The notes under the pieces: model-generated
Told to the model about the DNA's origin: nothing
Database searches by the model: none
What the model saw: only the letters and a program-made list of their open reading frames with translations
DNA from: Synechococcus elongatus PCC 6301
Lineage (GTDB): Bacteria > Cyanobacteriota > Cyanobacteriia > Synechococcales > Synechococcaceae
Direction: 5' to 3'
DNA: 32,000 nt
Assembly: GCF_000010065.1 (NCBI RefSeq)
Contig: NC_006576.1
Span: forward strand, 1,830,001 to 1,862,000
Part shown: in pieces, positions 9,776 through 19,434 of the stretch
Numbering within the stretch: the stretch's first letter is position 1
Layout of the letters: the number at the start of each line of letters is the position of its first letter
Program-made: the position numbers and the translations under genes

Positions 9776-9871
9776 AGACAAATCCAGCTGAAATGCGCCC
9801 TCACTCTATCAAGCGATCGCGCTCTCACTCGGGTCGAGCAGCAATCCGTTATAAAGCTTGCGCTGAAGCCG

Positions 9872-10918
9872 TTAGCGACTGAGAAGTCCAGCAGGCAGTT
9901 GCATCGTGATGCAATGCAGTGAGCCATGTTGCTCCAGGAGTGGCCGACAGTTGATGCCGATCGCGAGGCGATCGGGGAAAGCAGCGGCGATTGCCGCGAT
10001 CGCCGCCTCATCTGCCGGATCGTTGTAAGTCGGTACTAAGACTGCGCCATTGATGACTAAGTAATTGGCGTAGGTTGTCGGCAAGCGCTGACCATCCGCA
10101 TCGAAGCAGGGTTGCGGCCAAGGCAAGGGAATCAAGTGGTAGGGCTGTCCGTCCGCCGCGCGCAAGGCTTTGAGTTCTGCTTCAAGGGCTGTTAGTTCTG
10201 CCGCATGACTGTCACTGGGATCGTCGCAGGCAACGTAAATCAGCGTGTCATTCGGTGCGATCCGCACCAGCGTGTCGATGTGGGCGTCCGTGTCATCGCC
10301 TTCCAAATGGCCATGCTCCAACCAGAGCAGGCGATCGCCCCCCAGTTGTCGCTGGATGATCTGCGCGATCGCCTCGCGGCTCAAGCCCGGATTACGATTC
10401 GCTTCCAGCAAACACTGACTCGTGGTGAGTAGGGTGCCGCGTCCATCACTTTCGATACTGCCCCCTTCAAAAATCAGCGGCACAGTTTCCAGCGGCGTGG
10501 TGCCAAAAATTCCTTGCTGCCAAAGTCGCCGTGTCACTTGGTTGTCGTGGTTGGCGGCAAACTTTAGGCCCCAGCCATTGAAGCCCCAATCCAGCAGTCG
10601 CAGCCCTGCTGGGGTTTCCACCGTCAGCGGCCCAAAATCGCGGCTCCAAGTGTCATTGGTGGGCAGTTCAACAATCTGAATGCGATCGCAATTCGCAGTG
10701 GTCTGCGCCAGTTGTTCTGCCACGCGATCGGGCTCTGGCGTCACGATCAGCAACTGCTCAAAGCGCGTCACTGCTTCCGCTAGGTCACGGTAGACGCGAT
10801 CGACCTGATCCAACAGCGATCGCCAATCACTGTCCGCATGGGGCCAAGCAATCAAAACACCGTCCTGCGCTTCCCATTCCGCTGGAAAACGGCGATCGCT
10901 CTGTTGCCCCTGACTCAT
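9872..10918 (-). CDS. aguA: Agmatine deiminase (PAD_porph family)
   Basis: Start trimmed to the ATG at 10918 (MSQGQQSDRRFPAEWEAQDGVLIAWPH), giving 348 aa. TWSRDFGP, FEGGSIESDG, DTDAHIDT and the C-terminal catalytic GSLHCITMQ match the agmatine deiminase pattern. Confidence 0.85.
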   Translation of the reverse strand: MSQGQQSDRRFPAEWEAQDGVLIAWPHADSDWRSLLDQVDRVYRDLAEAVTRFEQLLIVTPEPDRVAEQLAQTTANCDRIQIVELPTNDTWSRDFGPLTVETPAGLRLLDWGFNGWGLKFAANHDNQVTRRLWQQGIFGTTPLETVPLIFEGGSIESDGRGTLLTTSQCLLEANRNPGLSREAIAQIIQRQLGGDRLLWLEHGHLEGDDTDAHIDTLVRIAPNDTLIYVACDDPSDSHAAELTALEAELKALRAADGQPYHLIPLPWPQPCFDADGQRLPTTYANYLVINGAVLVPTYNDPADEAAIAAIAAAFPDRLAIGINCRPLLEQHGSLHCITMQLPAGLLSR

Positions 10919-11038
10919 GATTTGACTAGCAAAAAGACCCTTGTTCAGCCTAGCGGCTTCGGTTGTTTGGGTACGGTCGTTCGGTGCGAAATCCCCCCTC
11001 ATCTCGTTCCTAAAACCGAACCATGCTCAAGCGATCGC

Positions 11039-11078
11039 CTCCCTAGAGTGAGTGTGTCGAGAGCAGTCCGTTAGGGAG
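11039..11078 (+). promoter_or_regulatory. Possible SD-sequestering hairpin in the hspA leader (candidate RNA thermometer)
   Basis: CTCCCTA (11039-11045) is complementary to TAGGGAG (11072-11078), with an extra G-U next to it. The right arm contains the only SD-like element (GGGAG), 8 nt before the hspA ATG at 11087. Confidence 0.25.
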
Positions 11079-11086
11079 ACCTCAAA

Positions 11087-11578
11087 ATGGCACTCGTTCG
11101 ATTCAGTCCGCTCTACGAATTTGATCGTGAATTGGGCACCCTCCAACGGCAGATGAGCCGCTTCTTACAGCCGTGGCCTTGGACCGAAGCAGAACTGAAA
11201 GAGTTGAGTTTTGCACCAGCGGTTGAGGTCAAGGAAACGGATGCAGCGATCGAACTTCGGGTTGAGTTGCCAGGGATTGATCCGAAGGATCTCGACCTGC
11301 AAGTCACTGCTGAAGCCGTTGTTCTCAAAGGCGAACGCCGCAGCGAAGACCGGAGCGAAGCTGAAGGTGTGCTGCGCACTGAGTTCCGCTATGGCGCCTT
11401 TGAACGGGTGATTCCATTGCCCGCTCAGGTCAAAAACACCGAAGCACAAGCCGATTATCAAAACGGCATCTTGGTGCTGACGCTACCGAAACGCGACGAA
11501 GAGTTGCACAAAGTCGTCAAGGTCGATCTGGGCCACCTCGCCGCAGCGCCGGTTGCTGCTGAAGCTTGCGAGCGATAG
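11087..11578 (+). CDS. hspA: Small heat-shock protein (alpha-crystallin/Hsp20 family)
   Basis: 163-aa ORF. The block PAVEVKETDAAIELRVELPGIDPKDLDLQVTAEAVVLKGERR...FRYGAFERVIPLP...ADYQNGILVLTLPK is a canonical alpha-crystallin domain. Confidence 0.9.
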   Translation: MALVRFSPLYEFDRELGTLQRQMSRFLQPWPWTEAELKELSFAPAVEVKETDAAIELRVELPGIDPKDLDLQVTAEAVVLKGERRSEDRSEAEGVLRTEFRYGAFERVIPLPAQVKNTEAQADYQNGILVLTLPKRDEELHKVVKVDLGHLAAAPVAAEACER

Positions 11579-11615
11579 CGCCATCCACGTTGAGTCCTGC
11601 AATTCGTCATCTTCT

Positions 11616-11646
11616 GGGGCTTTGGGTTAAAGCCCCAGTTTTTTTG
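11616..11646 (+). terminator. Intrinsic terminator of hspA
   Basis: GGGGCTTT (11616-11623) pairs with AAAGCCCC (11629-11636) around a GGGTT loop. AGTTTTTTTG follows. Confidence 0.7.
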
Positions 11647-11674
11647 TTGGTTTCCCGTCCCGAACTGCCGTAGA

Positions 11675-12868
11675 TTGACCTTGACATCGCAGCAAGTTCA
11701 AGAGGGTGCCGTGCCACTGCTGGAAGGACTGATTGGAGTCGGAATCGCGATCGCCGCGATCGGGGTTGGCCTCGAAGTGCAGTACCAACGGCGTGAGGGC
11801 AACAAACTCGAAGTCACCAACGGTCAGTGGCAGACCGATCGCAGTCCGGGTCGCTTGCAGTTGACCGGCCGGATTGAGCTGATCAACCGCACTCGCAAGC
11901 TGGAAATTATGGTGCCGGAGCTGGTTGCCAAAGCGAAGTTACTGTCCAAGCAAAGTCTGGAAGGGATTCGTTGGCAAACGCGGGTTGTGCCGGAGCACGA
12001 AGATGCGGCAGCCCGTGCCAATGACTACTGGTTTGCCTACATCGTCAAAAAACGCACCACAATTCGTGTCGAACTAGACATTGAAGGGCCAGAAGACGCG
12101 ATCGCAGCCTTGGAATCGGCTTGGCTGCAACTGCGCTACGTCACCTATGGCCCCCAGGGGCGAATTCCGCGCCGTAAACACATCGTCTTGGCGCTGAAAG
12201 AACTGGAACTCGATACCGCGCCAACTTGGCGATCGCTCTCCCAAACTGATCGTCTGCCGATTAAAACCCATCTGCTGACGCCGCAGGACGATCCAGTTGA
12301 GGTCGTCAAACGCTACGTCTTGCCCTACAGTCAGCCCGGCGACCTGCTGGCGATCGGCGAAACACCGCTGGCGATTATGCAGGAGCGCTTCCGTCATCCC
12401 CGCGATATCAAACCCGGCTGGGTGGCGCGCCACGTCTGCTACTACTTCCAACCGACATCCAGCTTGGCGACGGCAGTGGGACTGCAAACGCTGGTCGATG
12501 CGGTCGGACCGTGGCGGGTGTTCGGGGCGTTCCTCGGTGGCGTCTTGCTGCGGTTGGTTGGCAAACGTGGCGGCTTCTACATCCTTGCCGGTGAACAAGC
12601 GCGGCTGATTGATGATGTGACTGGCAGCTTGCCGCCCTACGATCAATTTGTGGTGCTGGGACCACAAGATCCGCAAGCGGTTGTCGATCGAATTGAACGA
12701 GAAACTGGCCTGAAAACAGCGATCGTCGATGTCAATGACCTGAAAGCGGTGAAGATTTTGGCGGCGAGTGCTGGGTTACCAACCGCTGTTCTGGAATCCG
12801 CTTTGCGCGACAATCCGGCTGGCAATGCCGATGAGCAAACGCCGATTGTGTTGGTGCGGCCTCGCTAG
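11675..12868 (+). CDS. Membrane-anchored protein with a CofE-like (F420-0:gamma-glutamyl ligase family) C-terminal domain; function uncertain
   Basis: 397-aa ORF with a TTG start, which is uncertain. It has an N-terminal TM helix (LLEGLIGVGIAIAAIGVGL). The C-terminal half (GDLLAIGETPLAIMQERFRHP...FYILAGEQARLIDDVTG) resembles cyanobacterial proteins annotated as F420-ligase-like. The family call is from memory only. Confidence 0.5.
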   Translation: MTLTSQQVQEGAVPLLEGLIGVGIAIAAIGVGLEVQYQRREGNKLEVTNGQWQTDRSPGRLQLTGRIELINRTRKLEIMVPELVAKAKLLSKQSLEGIRWQTRVVPEHEDAAARANDYWFAYIVKKRTTIRVELDIEGPEDAIAALESAWLQLRYVTYGPQGRIPRRKHIVLALKELELDTAPTWRSLSQTDRLPIKTHLLTPQDDPVEVVKRYVLPYSQPGDLLAIGETPLAIMQERFRHPRDIKPGWVARHVCYYFQPTSSLATAVGLQTLVDAVGPWRVFGAFLGGVLLRLVGKRGGFYILAGEQARLIDDVTGSLPPYDQFVVLGPQDPQAVVDRIERETGLKTAIVDVNDLKAVKILAASAGLPTAVLESALRDNPAGNADEQTPIVLVRPR

Positions 12869-12925
12869 CGATCGCCCCGGATCCGCAAGCTAAGATCAAG
12901 GTCACGCCGCGCTGTCAAACCACTG

Positions 12926-14104
12926 ATGTCAACTCTGATCAACAACGCTGAATCAGTGCAAATTCGGCCGCTCCAATACCGTGATCTAACCTGGCTAGAA
13001 CCCTACTGGCAGAGCGATTGCAGTGGTGGCATCAGTTGGGATACGCTGCAGCGCTGGTTCCCGCGGCTCAAGCTTCTCAGCACCTTCCCCAATCCGGCCC
13101 GTCATCTGGCGGCGATCGCCGTTGCGGAATCGGGCCAAAAACCCTGCGGCGCGATTCAAATCAGTCCGTTTAACCACAGCCGCAGCACTTGGCGGATCGA
13201 TCGCGTCTTGGCACTCCTCCCAAGCCTCAGCGAGGGCCAGTCGCTCACTCTGGCCCAAGATGTAGGCATTCGCCTACTGCGTCACTGCCTCGAAACGGTG
13301 TGGGAAGCCCGCACTTGGGTGGGTGAGGTTGACAGCAGCGATCAATCGCTGATTGCTCTCTATCGCCAAACCGGATTTCAGCCCCTCGCTCAGCTCAACC
13401 ACTGGAGCTTGTCGCCTGCGCAGTTAGCAACCTTGGCGCAGCGTGAGCCGGATCTCCCCAATCTGTTGCCCGTCAGCAATGTCGATGCGGGGCTGCTCTA
13501 CCAGCTCGACACGGTATCGATGCCACCGCTGTTGCGGCAAACCTTCGATCGCCACGTCGATGACTTCCGGATTAGTTTGCTGCGCCGCTGGAGTATTGGC
13601 TTTTGGCAGTGGCTGAATGGCCACCATCGTTGCAGTGGCTATGTGTTTGAACCGCAGCGCAAAGCCGCGATCGCCTATTTCCATCTGCAGATTGCCGAAG
13701 ACAGCAGCCAGAATCACGTGGCTCGTTTGACGGTGCATCCGGCCTACACCTGGCTCTATCCCGAGTTGATTGCCCACATGGCCCGCCTGTTGGCCTCCTG
13801 TCCGGCTGCTGACTTGCACCTCTCCTCGGCGGACTACCAGCCGGAGCGGGAGGAATACCTCAAACAAATTGGTGCGGAACATCAAGGCCAACGCTTACTG
13901 ATGGCGCGATCGGTTTGGCACAAGCTGCGGGAAACGCGCTTCGTCTCGCTAGAAGGCCTGCAGCTAGCCGATGTCTTCAATGGCTTACAGCCAGGACGTG
14001 CTCCTGCCCCCGGTCGGATTGGCAGCACCGCTCCCGTTCCGATTCGGACTCGCAATGCAGAACCGCTGCTGAGCACGGGTTGGGATCTACCGCCCGTCCT
14101 GTAA
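12926..14104 (+). CDS. Putative tandem GNAT-like acetyltransferase-fold protein
   Basis: 392-aa ORF. IRPLQYRDLTWLEPYW opens a GNAT-like domain, and LIALYRQTGFQPL matches the GNAT Y/F-x-x-x-GF region. A second similar-length half ends in EYLKQIGAEHQG. This is a weak, pattern-level assignment. Confidence 0.45.
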   Translation: MSTLINNAESVQIRPLQYRDLTWLEPYWQSDCSGGISWDTLQRWFPRLKLLSTFPNPARHLAAIAVAESGQKPCGAIQISPFNHSRSTWRIDRVLALLPSLSEGQSLTLAQDVGIRLLRHCLETVWEARTWVGEVDSSDQSLIALYRQTGFQPLAQLNHWSLSPAQLATLAQREPDLPNLLPVSNVDAGLLYQLDTVSMPPLLRQTFDRHVDDFRISLLRRWSIGFWQWLNGHHRCSGYVFEPQRKAAIAYFHLQIAEDSSQNHVARLTVHPAYTWLYPELIAHMARLLASCPAADLHLSSADYQPEREEYLKQIGAEHQGQRLLMARSVWHKLRETRFVSLEGLQLADVFNGLQPGRAPAPGRIGSTAPVPIRTRNAEPLLSTGWDLPPVL

Positions 14105-14110
14105 AAACCG

Positions 14111-14560
14111 ATGCCTTACTACGCTGCCTTGGGCCTCGATGTGGGTCGCCGCCGCATTGGGGTGGCGGGTTGCGATCGCCTCGGGATTACTGTGCAAGGA
14201 CTGACCACGATCGTCCGGCGCGATTTTGCCAGTGATGTCGCCGCGATCAGTGCGATCGCCAAAGAACGGCAGGTGGAACTGCTGGTGATTGGTTTGCCCT
14301 ACTCGATGGATGGCAGCCTCGGTTCGCAAGCCAAGCAGACGCAACGCTTTGCCACCCGTTTGAGTAAGGCGCTGCAACTGCCGATTACGTACGTCGATGA
14401 GCGGCTGACCTCCTTTGAAGCCGAAGAGATGATCAAGGCTGTAGGGCGATCGCCCTCTCGTGATAAAGGCGCGATCGATCGCAAGGCAGCTGCGCTGATT
14501 CTGCAACAATGGTTGGACGAGCAGCGGGAGCCCCGCCGCTTCGGTTCCACTCAACACTGA
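14111..14560 (+). CDS. ruvX: Holliday-junction-resolvase-like / pre-16S rRNA nuclease YqgF
   Basis: 149-aa ORF. ALGLDVGRRRIGVAGCD...LLVIGLPYSMDGSLGSQA...YVDERLTS...DRKAAALILQQWL is the conserved YqgF/RuvX pattern. Confidence 0.9.
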   Translation: MPYYAALGLDVGRRRIGVAGCDRLGITVQGLTTIVRRDFASDVAAISAIAKERQVELLVIGLPYSMDGSLGSQAKQTQRFATRLSKALQLPITYVDERLTSFEAEEMIKAVGRSPSRDKGAIDRKAAALILQQWLDEQREPRRFGSTQH

Positions 14561-14565
14561 GTCCC

Positions 14566-15093
14566 ATGGAAGACGTCCCCACGCTCTTAGTTCAGGATGA
14601 CGCTGGCCGAACGCTGCTCTGCGATCTAGAGCATCTCGTGCCGATCGATGGGCAAGAGTACGCCTTGCTCATGCCAGTTGACACGCCGGTTTCCCTGTTC
14701 GCTTGGGATGGCGAAGATGAGGACGAGCCACCTCGTTTGGTAGAAGACGAATCAGAAGTTGAGGCGGTTTGGCCAACGGCCAGCGCTGTTTTGCAAGAGC
14801 AGAACCTGACGCTGATTAACTCTGCAGTCACCCTCACCGTCGAAGGTGAACTTCCCGATCTCGAAGATGAAGACGAAGAGTCAGACTTCGAAGAAGACGA
14901 GGAAGTGGAAGAAGAATTCATCCATTTAGTCAGCTTCTACCACGAGGAGCAGGAGTATTCCTTCTTCGTGCCCCTTGAGCCGATCTACGTCGTGGCACGG
15001 CTAGTTGATGGCGAAGCGAAGCTGCTGACGCCGGAAGAGTTTGAGGCGATCGAGGAACGCCTAACCGCCGAACTCGATGAGCGGATGGCTTAA
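14566..15093 (+). CDS. Acidic DUF3727/DUF1292-like protein
   Basis: Start trimmed to the ATG at 14566, 6 nt after the ruvX stop, giving 175 aa. It contains a strongly acidic run (EDEDEESDFEEDEEVEEE). A DUF1292-type gene directly downstream of ruvX is a known conserved arrangement. Confidence 0.7.
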   Translation: MEDVPTLLVQDDAGRTLLCDLEHLVPIDGQEYALLMPVDTPVSLFAWDGEDEDEPPRLVEDESEVEAVWPTASAVLQEQNLTLINSAVTLTVEGELPDLEDEDEESDFEEDEEVEEEFIHLVSFYHEEQEYSFFVPLEPIYVVARLVDGEAKLLTPEEFEAIEERLTAELDERMA

Positions 15094-15096
15094 CCC

Positions 15097-15648
15097 ATGA
15101 CCCGAGATCATCTCCTTCAGCCCGACTTGGTCGTGCCCGGTTCGATTTTGCAGTTGCAGGCTGAGCCGCTGCTGGCCGCAGGTCTGCAGGGGTTGATCTT
15201 GGATGTCGATGAAACGCTGGTACCGACGATGAGCCGCGAGATCTCTGAGGAGCTGCGGCACTGGATTGCGGAAATGAAGCAGTCCTTCTCGCTCTGGTTA
15301 GTCAGCAACAACCTGAGTCAGTCGCGGATTGGCGCGATCGCTGCCGCTTTGGACTTGCCTTACTTTCTGGCCGCTCGCAAGCCCTCTCGCCGCAAGATTC
15401 GTCAGGCGGCAGAAGAAATGGGACTGGATCTCGAACGCGTTGGCGTCGTGGGCGATCGCCTGTTCACCGACGTTTTGGCGGGCAACCGCCTCGGGGTGTT
15501 TACCGTACTGGTGGAGCCGATGGTCTTGCCCTCATCGCTGCCCCGGAGTCATTGGTGGCGCAACCTTGAGGTGCAGATTTCACGGGTACTCGGGGCCAAA
15601 CTCCATCCCAGCCCTCTGCCGACTCGCGGGATGTTAAGTAAATCTTAG
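15097..15648 (+). CDS. HAD-IIIA phosphatase, YqeG family
   Basis: 183-aa ORF. It has the DxD nucleophile motif LILDVDETLVP, then LWLVSNN, and GDRLFTDVLAGNRLGVFTVLVEP, matching the YqeG/PGP-phosphatase-like subfamily. Confidence 0.8.
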   Translation: MTRDHLLQPDLVVPGSILQLQAEPLLAAGLQGLILDVDETLVPTMSREISEELRHWIAEMKQSFSLWLVSNNLSQSRIGAIAAALDLPYFLAARKPSRRKIRQAAEEMGLDLERVGVVGDRLFTDVLAGNRLGVFTVLVEPMVLPSSLPRSHWWRNLEVQISRVLGAKLHPSPLPTRGMLSKS

Positions 15649-15737
15649 AAAGGTTTCCCATAGACAAAAAGTTTGAGATCGTTGATCACGATTGAAATGG
15701 GGCAATGCAAGATAAATGCCCTAACCGATAAGAAACC

Positions 15738-15768
15738 GAGGTGTTGTCCCTAGGGCAGCACCTCTTTT
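15738..15768 (+). terminator. Candidate intrinsic terminator of the ruvX-DUF3727-HAD operon
   Basis: GAGGTGTTGTCC pairs with GGCAGCACCTC (12-bp stem with two G-U pairs) around a short loop. TTTT follows (15765-15768), 90 nt downstream of the HAD stop. Confidence 0.5.
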
Positions 15769-15886
15769 AACAGCGAGCTGCTGCTGAGCCAAGCCGCGAT
15801 CGCAGTAAATTCCAGCCTGCAGCCCCTGTCAAAGCCCCGTCACAGGCCATACTTTTATTGACGCAGACTTTCTCAGAGCGCCAAGT

Positions 15887-16138
15887 ATGCCGAGAACGCC
15901 GAACGAGTACGCTATCCACCTGCTCTTTGAAGGCGGTCACCGCGAAGAAATCCGTTTCCACAATCTGCAAGAGTTTCAGCGCTGGTATAGCAACGACTTT
16001 CTGCCGAAGCATGAGTCCAAGGAACTGATCAATATCCCGATCAAGAACATCCAAGGCGAGTACATGGTGGCGCGCCCCAGCAGCATCATGGCGATGCGGG
16101 TAGAGCCGATCTTTAACTCCAGCGTTGAGCGCTTCTAA
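15887..16138 (+). CDS. Hypothetical 83-aa protein
   Basis: ATG-initiated ORF in a gap with no competing gene. The amino-acid composition is balanced (MPRTPNEYAIHLLFEGGHREEIRFHNLQEFQRWY...). I recognise no family. Confidence 0.55.
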   Translation: MPRTPNEYAIHLLFEGGHREEIRFHNLQEFQRWYSNDFLPKHESKELINIPIKNIQGEYMVARPSSIMAMRVEPIFNSSVERF

Positions 16139-16191
16139 GGCTGAGGAGATCGCGTCAGGGCTAGGCTGTTAGCACTGTCTGCCCTGTTTGC

Positions 16192-17973
16192 ATGGATTCT
16201 GGACTCGACACCACCCTCCTGCTGATTGTGACCGTGGCTGCGGGTATTGCCGCGCAGGTCTTGGCCAGTTGGGCGAAGTTGCCGGGAATTGTCTTCCTGT
16301 TGCTGACTGGCTTGCTGCTCGGCCCCGATGGCTTGAACTGGGTGCAGCCTGAGCAGTTGGGGGAAGGGCTAGAGACCCTAGTCAGCCTCAGTGTGGCGCT
16401 GATCCTGTTTGAAGGTGGACTTAGCCTTGATCTGCGCAACCTCCTACAGGTATCGGGTAGCCTGCGCAATCTGATCACGCTGGGCGCGGGTATCACGATT
16501 CTGGGCGGTGCGATCGCAGCTCATCGCTTCAGTGAGTTTCCTTGGCCGCTGGCCTTCCTCTACGGCGCGATCGTCGTTGTGACTGGCCCGACGGTGACGA
16601 CACCGCTGCTGCGGCAAGTGCAAGCAGACCCCAAGGTCTCGACCCTGCTAGAAGGCGAAGGCGTCCTGATCGATCCGATCGGCGCGATCGTGGCTGTGGT
16701 GGTTCTCAACTTTGTCCTGAGCGGCAGTCAGGATGTGGGGTTGGTGCTGGAAGGACTGATCCTGCGGCTCGTCGTTGGGGCGATCGCGGGCAGTGTGGGT
16801 GGCGGACTGCTGGCACTGTTCCTCCGCCAAGTCCGTTTTCTCTCCGAGGAATTACGAACCCTCGTCGTCTTAGCCGCACTCTGGGCGATCTTTGGGGCAG
16901 CTCAAGCCGTTGTCAGTGAGGCGGGATTGCTGGCGGTGGTGATTGCGGGTTTGTTGCTGCGGGCTGTGGCGATTCCCGACTTGGAGGCGATTAAGACCTT
17001 CAAGGGACAGCTAACGACCCTAGCGATCTCGATTCTGTTTGTCTTGCTGGCAGCGGATCTCTCGATCGCGAGTCTATTTGCCTTGGGGTGGGGCGGCCCT
17101 TTGACTGTGTTGGCGCTGATGTTGCTGGTGCGCCCGCTCAGCATTGGCCTCTGCACTTGGGGCAGCGATCTGAATTGGGCGCAAAAGGCGTTTCTGAGCT
17201 GGATTGCGCCGCGTGGGATTATTTCCGCTTCGGTGGCCTCGCTGTTTGCGATTCTACTGACCGATCGCGGCTTAGCCGGTGGCGCAGCGATTAAGGCGCA
17301 GGTCTTTTTAACGATTTTGATGACGGTCTTCTTGCAAGGACTTTCAGCCAAGACCGTGGCGAAAAAGCTCGGTGTTTTGGATCGACCCGAGCAAATTGTT
17401 CTGGTTGGCGATGACCTCGAGCTACGACTGCTCGCCATCTTGTTGGAGCAAAACAAGCAGCCTCACCAAGCGATCGCTACCGTCCCAGAGGAACCTGACT
17501 GGGAGAGCGAGAGCATCACGCTGCTACTCGGTCGCGATCAGTCCACTCCTGCGGAGCAGACAGGGCTGACCGTGGTGGATCTCTGCCCACTCGACGATCG
17601 CGCCCATCTCTACAGCACCCAGATCAGTGCTGACCTTTGGCAGCAACGGTTACAGGAGCAGCGCTGTGAACTATTCCAAATTGAGCTGAGCGATCGCCAA
17701 GCCGTGCAGCAGTGGCAACAGGCGCTGGAAGCTGATCGGATTTTGCCCTTGCTGCACCAACGGGGGGAAGGCTGGGAACTCGCCCTTTTACCCGCCGTGG
17801 CGGAAACCGGCGATCGCTTTTGGGGATTGAGTCGCGATCGCCAGTTAGCGCTGGACGAGATTGAGTGGCAGGACTGGCCTGCCGATTGGTCGTCTAGCCC
17901 TGAGCCGCCGCGATCGCAGCCTGAAGACGCGGTTGAGCTTGCCCCGCCTGATGCAGCAACACCCAGCTCGTAA
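16192..17973 (+). CDS. Monovalent cation:proton antiporter (CPA1, NhaP-type) with a ~190-aa cytosolic tail
   Basis: 593-aa ORF with about 11-12 hydrophobic segments. [23 protein letters not shown] and [15 protein letters not shown] are typical of Na+/H+ exchanger family proteins. Confidence 0.85.
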   Translation: MDSGLDTTLLLIVTVAAGIAAQVLASWAKLPGIVFLLLTGLLLGPDGLNWVQPEQLGEGLETLVSLSVALILFEGGLSLDLRNLLQVSGSLRNLITLGAGITILGGAIAAHRFSEFPWPLAFLYGAIVVVTGPTVTTPLLRQVQADPKVSTLLEGEGVLIDPIGAIVAVVVLNFVLSGSQDVGLVLEGLILRLVVGAIAGSVGGGLLALFLRQVRFLSEELRTLVVLAALWAIFGAAQAVVSEAGLLAVVIAGLLLRAVAIPDLEAIKTFKGQLTTLAISILFVLLAADLSIASLFALGWGGPLTVLALMLLVRPLSIGLCTWGSDLNWAQKAFLSWIAPRGIISASVASLFAILLTDRGLAGGAAIKAQVFLTILMTVFLQGLSAKTVAKKLGVLDRPEQIVLVGDDLELRLLAILLEQNKQPHQAIATVPEEPDWESESITLLLGRDQSTPAEQTGLTVVDLCPLDDRAHLYSTQISADLWQQRLQEQRCELFQIELSDRQAVQQWQQALEADRILPLLHQRGEGWELALLPAVAETGDRFWGLSRDRQLALDEIEWQDWPADWSSSPEPPRSQPEDAVELAPPDAATPSS

Positions 17974-19354
17974 GCAGATCGGGCCCCTGCATCGAACCCA
18001 TCAGGGCTGCCCGCAGCGATCGCATACCGATGCCTTTTTTGACACCGGCGGCTTTGACCGCTTGATCGATCAGCCCTTTCGCAACTTCGAGGGTCAGGGC
18101 TTCGCTGGGGAGTGCCTCAAGGATTTGCTGGAGCACTGCTTTACTGCCTGCTTGACCCAGTTGGGCGATCGCATCTTCTTGCAGTTCGATCCCCTGACTG
18201 AAGAAGAGCTGGCTTTGGCCGACGATATCCGTCAAGGTCACGAGGCTGGGACCCAAGAGAGTCGCCAATTCTTCCAGCCAAGCCGCAGGATAGGCTGCTG
18301 TATCGACCCCGGCCTTGCTCCAGAACGGTTGCAGCAGTGCCACCAACTCACTCGCGGATTTCTCCTTGATCACCTGACTGTTGAGCCAGTTGAGTTTGTC
18401 CCAGTCGAATTTGGCACCGGCTTTGTTGACGCGATCGAAGTCAAAGACGGTCGCTGCCTCCGCCAGACTAAAGCGCTCATCCATGCCTTCCACGGGCGAC
18501 CAGCCCAACAGGGTCATGTAGTTGGCGATCGCCTCGGGCAGATAGCCCAAGTTTTGGAAGTCGGAGATGGAGGTGACGCCATCACGCTTCGAGAGTTTGC
18601 GGCCTTCCTTGTTGAGGATCAGTGGCGTGTGCGCAAACTCGGGCACCGCAGCACCCAGCGCTTCGTAGAGCAGGATTTGCTTGGCGGTGTTAGCGATGTG
18701 GTCTTCGCCGCGAATGACGTGGCTGATCGTCATGTCGATGTCATCGACCACGACCGCGAGGTTGTAGAGCGGCTGACCGATCGTGCCAGCGGGACTGCGG
18801 CGGGCAATCACCATGTCGCCCCCGAGGTCACTGCCTTTCCAGACGACGCGATCGCGCACTAAGTCTGTCCAAGCGATTTCGCGATCGTCATCAATGCGGA
18901 AGCGAATCACCGCCTCGCGGCCTTCGGCTTGAAATGCGGCTTCTTGCTCCGGCGTCAGGTCGCGGTGGCGGTTGTCGTAGCGCGGGGCTTCATTGCGGGC
19001 GCGTTGCGACTCGCGCAGGGCTTCCAGTTCGGCTTCGGTGCAGTAGCAGCGATAGGCTTTGCCACTGTCGAGCAATTGCTGCACGGCGGCTTTGTAGAGG
19101 TCGAGCCGCTGGGTTTGGTAGAACGGGCCTTCGTCCCAGTTCAAGCCCAGCCACTGGAGGCCGGTCAGGATGTTGTCGGTGTATTCCGATCGCGATCGCT
19201 CGAGGTCTGTATCTTCGATGCGCAGGATGAACTGGCCCTGATGCCGCCGCGCAAACAACCAGTTGAAGACGGCAGTGCGGGCCGTGCCAATGTGGAGGTT
19301 GCCGGTGGGGCTAGGAGCAATGCGAACGCGAACTGACACAGTGATTTCCAACAA
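17894..19354 (-). CDS. gltX: Glutamyl-tRNA synthetase
   Basis: 486-aa ORF (TTG at 19354; alternative GTG at 19339). It has the HIGH motif [15 protein letters not shown], the KMSKS-type motif KLSKRDG, and [11 protein letters not shown]. Confidence 0.95.
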   Translation of the reverse strand: MLEITVSVRVRIAPSPTGNLHIGTARTAVFNWLFARRHQGQFILRIEDTDLERSRSEYTDNILTGLQWLGLNWDEGPFYQTQRLDLYKAAVQQLLDSGKAYRCYCTEAELEALRESQRARNEAPRYDNRHRDLTPEQEAAFQAEGREAVIRFRIDDDREIAWTDLVRDRVVWKGSDLGGDMVIARRSPAGTIGQPLYNLAVVVDDIDMTISHVIRGEDHIANTAKQILLYEALGAAVPEFAHTPLILNKEGRKLSKRDGVTSISDFQNLGYLPEAIANYMTLLGWSPVEGMDERFSLAEAATVFDFDRVNKAGAKFDWDKLNWLNSQVIKEKSASELVALLQPFWSKAGVDTAAYPAAWLEELATLLGPSLVTLTDIVGQSQLFFSQGIELQEDAIAQLGQAGSKAVLQQILEALPSEALTLEVAKGLIDQAVKAAGVKKGIGMRSLRAALMGSMQGPDLLTSWVLLHQAGQAQPRLQAAIAAAQG

Positions 19355-19434
19355 CGGGCTTCAGTTCTCGATCGTACGGTGTTGCGGCAGCTGCTTGTAA
19401 AGTCATCAACAAAAGGACTACCACTAGTAGCCAT

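Noticed and set aside
9724-10011. 95-aa ORF on the - strand spanning the agmatine deiminase 3' end
   Set aside because: It overlaps the aguA C-terminus in another frame, is Ser/Cys/Arg-rich, and has no support. Only the separate 39-aa ORF at 9656-9775 was kept, as a low-confidence candidate.
12074-12676. 200-aa ORF on the - strand, plus several 60-100-aa ORFs in 12297-12825
   Set aside because: They are all nested in or antisense to the 397-aa CofE-like gene and have skewed composition.
14087-14557. 156-aa ORF on the - strand
   Set aside because: It is antisense to ruvX, which has a clear YqgF signature.
16902-17456. 184-aa ORF on the - strand
   Set aside because: It is antisense to the multi-TM antiporter gene. 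It is Ser/Ala/Arg-rich with no motifs.
17861-18862. 333-aa ORF on the + strand
   Set aside because: It lies entirely antisense to gltX, whose HIGH and KMSKS motifs are unambiguous. Its composition is Arg/Gly/Ala-rich with no recognisable motif. This is a typical shadow ORF of GC-rich DNA.
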